Virus record (IMG/VR): IMGVR_UViG_2541047849_000001 | DNA from: a virus | Lineage: Duplodnaviria; Heunggongvirae; Uroviricota; Caudoviricetes | Length of the DNA: 11,884 bases | Direction: 5' to 3' (one strand) | Shown: positions 7,386 through 11,884 of the stretch, piece by piece | Numbering within the stretch: position 1 is the stretch's first letter | Layout of the letters: each line of letters begins with the position of its first letter | Program-made: the position numbers and the translations under genes | Notes under the pieces: model-generated | The model's input: the letters and a program-made list of their open reading frames with translations, nothing else | Database searches by the model: none | What the model was told of the DNA's origin: nothing

Positions 7386-8762
7386 ATGGATTTATCCTCA
7401 TTTCCCACCCGACCTTCATTACTTTCGTCGTCTTCAGGCTGGCGTGACAGACTTCAGGACGCGTCATTTCGCGGCGTGCCGTTTAAGGTTGAAGAAGAAA
7501 GTGCGGGAACCGGTCGCCGTGTGGAAACACATGAATACCCGAACCGCGACAAACCCTATACCGAAGACCTGGGGAAAATCACTTTTCGCCCGTCCATCAC
7601 GGCTTATGTGGTGGGAGATGACTGCTTTGACCAGCGCGATCGCCTGATTGACGCGCTGAATAAACCCGGTCCCGGCACGCTTGTCCATCCGACATACGGT
7701 GAGCTGAAAGTCTGTGTTGACGGAGAAGTTCGGGTCAGCACATCGAAGAGTGAAGGGCGTATTGTCCGCTTTGACCTGAAGTTTGTCGAAGCGGGAGAAC
7801 TCTCTTACCCCACTTCAGGTGCGGCGACGGCGCAGACGCTGATGTCATCCTGTTCTGCACTGGATGACTGCATCAGTGACAGCTTCAGAGGTTTCAGTAT
7901 CGATGGCGTGGCGGATTTCGTGCAGAACGACGTCGTTGGTAATGTCAGCACAATGCTTGGGTATGTTTCTGATGCGATGAAAGTGGTGGATTCTGCCGTA
8001 TCGGATGCTGCCAGGCTGTTGCAGGGGGATATCTCGGTACTTCTGCCGCCACCATCGTCAGGCAAAAATCTCGTTGAGCAGGTGCAGAAAATGTGGCGTA
8101 CCGGGAAACGCCTTTATGGTAACGCCAGCGACCTGGTCACCATGATCAAAACGCTTTCCGGTGTCAGCCTCGGCAGCGATCTGCAACCGCGCGGCGTCTG
8201 GAAAACGGACAGTAAAACCACCGCCACGGCTACGCAGCAGCGTAATGTGGTTGCCAGCACCCTTCGTACGACCGCAATCAGTGAAGCGGCGTATGCCGTC
8301 ACCCGATTGCCTGCGCCAACAACTTCCGCGGTGATGCAGAATTCCGCAGTGGGGCAGGCAACAACACCTGCGCAGAGCACTGGCTGGCCTTCCGTCACGC
8401 ATCCGGCACTGAACAATGCACCGGCGGTGAAAAACACGGTTGACCTGCCGACGTGGGAAGAACTGACTGACATTCGCGACACACTGAATACGGCAATTGA
8501 TAAGGAGTTGTCCCGTACAACCAGTGATGCGCTGTTTCTGGCGCTGCGCCGGGTGAAAGCAGATCTGAATGCGGATATCAACACGCGCCTTGAACAGTCT
8601 GCACGGATCATTCAGCGCACACCGGATGAGGTTTTACCCGCGCTGGTGCTGGCGGCGACCTGGTTTGATAACGCGGCGCGTGACGCGGACATTATCCGGC
8701 GTAATGCCATTACGCATCCCGGCTTTGTGCCGGTGATCCCTCTGAAGGTGCCAGTGCAATGA
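7386..8762 (+). CDS. Mu gpN-like DNA circulation protein (tail/baseplate-associated)
   Basis: 458-aa ORF with N-terminal region (...DASFRGVPFKVEEESAGTGRRVETHEYPNRDKPYTEDLG...) that I recognise as the DNA circulation protein N-terminal domain; GAGGT RBS; position after the tape measure. Confidence 0.88.
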   Translation: MDLSSFPTRPSLLSSSSGWRDRLQDASFRGVPFKVEEESAGTGRRVETHEYPNRDKPYTEDLGKITFRPSITAYVVGDDCFDQRDRLIDALNKPGPGTLVHPTYGELKVCVDGEVRVSTSKSEGRIVRFDLKFVEAGELSYPTSGAATAQTLMSSCSALDDCISDSFRGFSIDGVADFVQNDVVGNVSTMLGYVSDAMKVVDSAVSDAARLLQGDISVLLPPPSSGKNLVEQVQKMWRTGKRLYGNASDLVTMIKTLSGVSLGSDLQPRGVWKTDSKTTATATQQRNVVASTLRTTAISEAAYAVTRLPAPTTSAVMQNSAVGQATTPAQSTGWPSVTHPALNNAPAVKNTVDLPTWEELTDIRDTLNTAIDKELSRTTSDALFLALRRVKADLNADINTRLEQSARIIQRTPDEVLPALVLAATWFDNAARDADIIRRNAITHPGFVPVIPLKVPVQ

Positions 8763-9838
8763 ACGACAATGTCACGCTACGGGTAAATGGCCGGGAGTGG
8801 AATGGCTGGACATCGGTGCGCATCGGTGCCGGTATTGAACGGCTGGCGCGGGATTTCAGTGTGGAGATCACTCGCCAGTGGCCGGGAGATGAGGGTATCA
8901 CCACGCTTCAGCCGCGCATTAAAAACGGTTCAAAAGTGGAAGTGCTGATTGGTGATGAGCTGGTGATCACCGGCTGGGTGGAGGCGACTCCCGTTCGTTA
9001 CGATGCCCGTTCGGTCAGCACCGGTATTGCCGGACGTAGTCTGACGGCTGACCTGATTGACTGTGCAGCCGAACCGACACAGTTTAACGGACGCTCGCTG
9101 GTGCAGATTGCGCAGGCGCTTGCTGCGCCTTTCGGCATTGATGTGGTGAACAGCGGTGCGCCGTCGGGTGTTATTCCTGATGTTCAGCCTGATCACGGTG
9201 AAACGGTGATTGAGGTAATCAACAAAATACTCGGTCAGCAGCAGGCACTGGCTTACGACGACCCGCACGGCAGGCTGGTGATTGGCGGTATTGGCTCAAC
9301 GCGGGCACATACTGCGCTGGTACTCGGGGAAAACATCCTTTCCTGCGATACGGAGAAGAGTATCCGGGAGCGATTTTCTGTTTACCAGGTGGCGGGGCAG
9401 CGTGCCGGGAACGACGATGATTTCGGTGAGGCCACCACCACCGCGCTGCGGGCCCGCAAAGAGGACGCATTTATTGCCCGTTACCGTCCGATGTATATCA
9501 GGCAGACAGGGCAGGCCACGGGGGCAGGCTGTATTGCGCGTGCTGACTTTGAAGCCCGACAACGGGCGGCGCGGACGGATGAAACCACCTATTTGGTGCA
9601 GGGCTGGCGACAGGGTAACGGTACGCTGTGGCAGCCCAACCAGCGGGTGATTGTCTTCGATCCGGTCTGTGGTTTCGACAATACCGAACTGCTTGTCTCG
9701 GAAGTCACGTTCACTCAGGACCAGAACGGCACCATGACGGAAATCCGTGTCGGCCCACCTGATGCTTATCTGCCTGAACCCGAAGCCCCCGGCGCGCGGA
9801 AAAAGAAAAAAGCCAGAGTACAGGAGGACCCGTTCTGA
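8759..9838 (+). CDS. Mu gpP-like tail protein / baseplate hub
   Basis: 359-aa ORF, start overlaps gpN stop (ATGA); size and position match the Mu P family that follows gpN. Confidence 0.85.
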   Translation: MNDNVTLRVNGREWNGWTSVRIGAGIERLARDFSVEITRQWPGDEGITTLQPRIKNGSKVEVLIGDELVITGWVEATPVRYDARSVSTGIAGRSLTADLIDCAAEPTQFNGRSLVQIAQALAAPFGIDVVNSGAPSGVIPDVQPDHGETVIEVINKILGQQQALAYDDPHGRLVIGGIGSTRAHTALVLGENILSCDTEKSIRERFSVYQVAGQRAGNDDDFGEATTTALRARKEDAFIARYRPMYIRQTGQATGAGCIARADFEARQRAARTDETTYLVQGWRQGNGTLWQPNQRVIVFDPVCGFDNTELLVSEVTFTQDQNGTMTEIRVGPPDAYLPEPEAPGARKKKKARVQEDPF

Positions 9839-10251
9839 TGAGGACGATTGAAGCCATGCAGCGACAACTCCTCGGCCTGATTGGGCGGGCAGTGGTGAAA
9901 AGCATCAGTGCCGCCACGAAATGTCAGACCGTGGATGTGTCCCTGATTGCCGGTGAACCCAAAGCCGGGGTTGAACATCTTGAACCCTATGGTTTTACCG
10001 CAAGGGCAAACAGCGGTGCGGAAGCGGTGGTGTTGTTTCCGGATGGTGACCGTTCTCATGCGGTGGTTGTTACGGTGTCGGACCGGCGCTACCGCCTGAA
10101 AGGGCTGCAGACGGGTGAGGTGGCTGTCTATGACGATCAGGGGCAGTCCGTGACGCTGGCCCGGGAGGGGATCGTGGTGGACGGTGCAGGTAAAACGATC
10201 ACGTTTCGCAATGCGCCTATATGCGCTGGGAAGGTGTCAGCGATGGCCTGA
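9838..10251 (+). CDS. Baseplate spike protein, gpV family (Mu gp45-like), probably C-terminally truncated
   Basis: 137-aa ORF, start overlaps gpP stop (TGATG) with AGGAGGA RBS; contains a gpV-like region (EPYGF...VVLFPDGDRS...) and the start of the beta-helix, but ends short of the full length I recall for gpV/gp45 proteins (about 200 aa). Confidence 0.65.
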   Translation: MRTIEAMQRQLLGLIGRAVVKSISAATKCQTVDVSLIAGEPKAGVEHLEPYGFTARANSGAEAVVLFPDGDRSHAVVVTVSDRRYRLKGLQTGEVAVYDDQGQSVTLAREGIVVDGAGKTITFRNAPICAGKVSAMA

Positions 10252-11003
10252 AGGTGACTGCCGGGAGTGTTATTCAGCGCGATGACCTGGTTCAGTACAC
10301 GGCAACTGCCGATGCAACCAGCTCCGGTGGTGTCCTGCGCGTGCCGATCGCCTGCTCAACTGCAGGCGCGGTCGGTAACGCTGACGATGGTACGGCATTA
10401 ATCCTGGTCACGCCGGTGAATGGTCTGCCGTCTTCCGGTGTGACTGACACCCTGACAGGCGGATTTGATACAGAAGATCTGGAAACGTGGCGCGCCCGCG
10501 TCATTGAGCGGTATTACTGGACGCCGCAGGGCGGGGCTGACGGGGACTATGTCGTCTGGGCTAAAGAAGTGCCCGGCATTACCCGCGCATGGACATACCG
10601 TCACTGGATGGGAACGGGAACTGTCGGTGTGATGATTGCCGGCAGTGACCTGATTAATCCCATTCCGGAAGAATCAACGGAAACGGCGGCAAGACAACAC
10701 ATTGAGCCACTGGCCCCGGTGGCAGGCTCTGATTTGTATGTGTTCAGGCCGGTGGCGCATACGGTGGATTTTCATATCCGCGTGACGCCGGACACACCGG
10801 AAATACGGGCTGCCATCACCGCCGAGTTGCGTTCGTTCCTGCTGCGTGATGGTTATCCGCAGGGAGAACTGAAGGTGTCACGTATCAGTGAAGCGATTTC
10901 CGGTGCGAACGGGGAATATAGCCATCAGTTGCTTGCACCGGCGGACAATATCTCCATTGCAAAAAATGAGCTGGCAGTTCTGGGGACGATTTCATGGACG
11001 TGA
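10221..11003 (+). CDS. Baseplate J family protein (Mu gp47 / P2 gpJ-like), apparently lacking its N-terminal region
   Basis: 260-aa ORF with baseplate-J-like central and C-terminal sequence (...[34 protein letters not shown]...); in-frame stop at 10191 upstream; overlaps the spike ORF out of frame. Confidence 0.7.
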   Translation: MRWEGVSDGLKVTAGSVIQRDDLVQYTATADATSSGGVLRVPIACSTAGAVGNADDGTALILVTPVNGLPSSGVTDTLTGGFDTEDLETWRARVIERYYWTPQGGADGDYVVWAKEVPGITRAWTYRHWMGTGTVGVMIAGSDLINPIPEESTETAARQHIEPLAPVAGSDLYVFRPVAHTVDFHIRVTPDTPEIRAAITAELRSFLLRDGYPQGELKVSRISEAISGANGEYSHQLLAPADNISIAKNELAVLGTISWT

Positions 11004-11578
11004 CAAACGATGATTATATCCGTCTGTTGTCGGCACTGTTGCCGCCCGGTCCGGCGTGGTCAGTCAGCGATCCGGCGATTGCCGGTGCAGCACCGTCATT
11101 AACCCGTGTTCATCAGCGTGCGGATGCCCTGATGAGGGAGCTGGATCCGCGCACCACCACCGAACTGATAAACCGCTGGGAGCGTCTGTGCGGCCTGCCG
11201 GATGAATGTATTCCCGCAGGGACACAGACCCTTCGCCAGCGTCAGCAACGGCTGGATGCGAAGGTTAACCTGGCGGGCGGCATCAACGAGGATTTTTATC
11301 TTGCACAGCTTGCTGCCCTGGGCAGACCAGATGCCACCATCACGCGATACGACAAAAGCACCTTCACCTGCTCATCGGCCTGTACTGACGCGGTGAATGC
11401 GCCGGAATGGCGGTATTACTGGCAGGTCAACATGCCAGCTGCCACCAACACCACCTGGATGACATGTGGTGATCCCTGTGATTCCGCACTGCGTATCTGG
11501 GGCGACACCGTTGTCGAGTGTGTGCTTAACAAACTCTGCCCTTCGCATACCTACGTAATTTTTAAATATCCGGAGTAA
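10994..11578 (+). CDS. Mu gp48-like baseplate/tail protein (YmfQ-like, DUF2313-type)
   Basis: 194-aa ORF overlapping the J stop; length and sequence match what I recall of the YmfQ/gp48 family that follows baseplate J and precedes the tail fibre in Mu-like modules (including prophage e14). Confidence 0.8.
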   Translation: MDVTNDDYIRLLSALLPPGPAWSVSDPAIAGAAPSLTRVHQRADALMRELDPRTTTELINRWERLCGLPDECIPAGTQTLRQRQQRLDAKVNLAGGINEDFYLAQLAALGRPDATITRYDKSTFTCSSACTDAVNAPEWRYYWQVNMPAATNTTWMTCGDPCDSALRIWGDTVVECVLNKLCPSHTYVIFKYPE

Positions 11579-11581
11579 TCC

Positions 11582-11884
11582 ATGCATCGTATAGACACGA
11601 AAACCGCGCAGAAGGATAAGTTCGGCGCGGGTAAGAACGGTTTTACCCGTGGTAACCCCCAGACCGGCACACCTGCCACCGATCTGGATGATGACTACTT
11701 TGACATGTTGCAGGAAGAACTCTGCAGCGTGGTGGAGGCATCCGGTGCCAGCCTGGAGAAGGGGCGGCATGACCAGCTGCTTACTGCGCTTCGTGCGCTG
11801 CTGTTAAGCCGCAAGAATCCGTTTGGCGATATCAAATCTGATGGCACGGTGAAAACGGCTCTCGAAAACCTTGGTTTGGGAGAA
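11582..11884 (+). CDS. Tail fibre protein, conserved N-terminal domain (partial; runs off the window end)
   Basis: Open frame from ATG 11582 (GGAG RBS 5 nt upstream) to the window end with no stop, so not in the ORF track; translation [53 protein letters not shown]... is the conserved N-terminus of Mu S / Stf-type fibres. Confidence 0.8.
   Translation, partial: MHRIDTKTAQKDKFGAGKNGFTRGNPQTGTPATDLDDDYFDMLQEELCSVVEASGASLEKGRHDQLLTALRALLLSRKNPFGDIKSDGTVKTALENLGLGE

Larger units (their letters stand above)
1445..11884. mobile_element. Defective mosaic prophage integrated at thrW (left arm; continues beyond window end)
   Basis: Integrase gene ends 15 bp after the tRNA 3' end; an uninterrupted run of phage-type genes (int, xis, early genes, Mu-like tail module) fills the rest of the window; head, lysis and immunity modules are absent. 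Confidence 0.85.

Noticed and set aside
7327-7647. 106-aa plus-strand ORF overlapping the end of the tape measure and the start of the DNA circulation gene
   Set aside because: Different frame from both supported genes; the gpN-like gene has a good RBS at 7386; no independent support.
1445-11884. Search for a defence or novel multi-gene system (nuclease/ATPase pairs, toxin-antitoxin, CRISPR repeats, retron-like or abortive-infection genes) and for IS elements
   Set aside because: No regularly spaced direct repeats, no transposase-like ORFs, and every sizeable ORF is accounted for by the integration module or tail module; only the two small unknown early proteins remain unexplained, with no evidence that they form a system.

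Overview
The window starts in conserved Escherichia/Shigella-type chromosome (proA, then tRNA-Thr thrW) and from about 1445 onward is the left arm of a degraded mosaic prophage integrated at thrW. The prophage part has a minus-strand integration/early module (tyrosine integrase, excisionase, two small unknown proteins, a TraR/DksA-type zinc-finger protein, a phage Dam-type N6-adenine methyltransferase) joined directly to a plus-strand Mu-like contractile-tail module (tube, chaperone, tape measure, DNA-circulation protein, baseplate hub, spike, baseplate J, gp48-like protein, start of tail fibre). No immunity, replication, lysis, terminase or head genes lie between them, and the tail module shows three apparent lesions: a possible 5'-truncated sheath, an in-frame amber codon splitting the tape measure, and an out-of-frame spike/baseplate-J junction with no gp25-like gene. 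The chaperone gene carries what looks like a conserved -1 programmed frameshift site. I found no CRISPR array, IS element or recognisable defence system; the most useful observations are the lesions and the frameshift signal. All homology calls are from reading the translations and need database confirmation.
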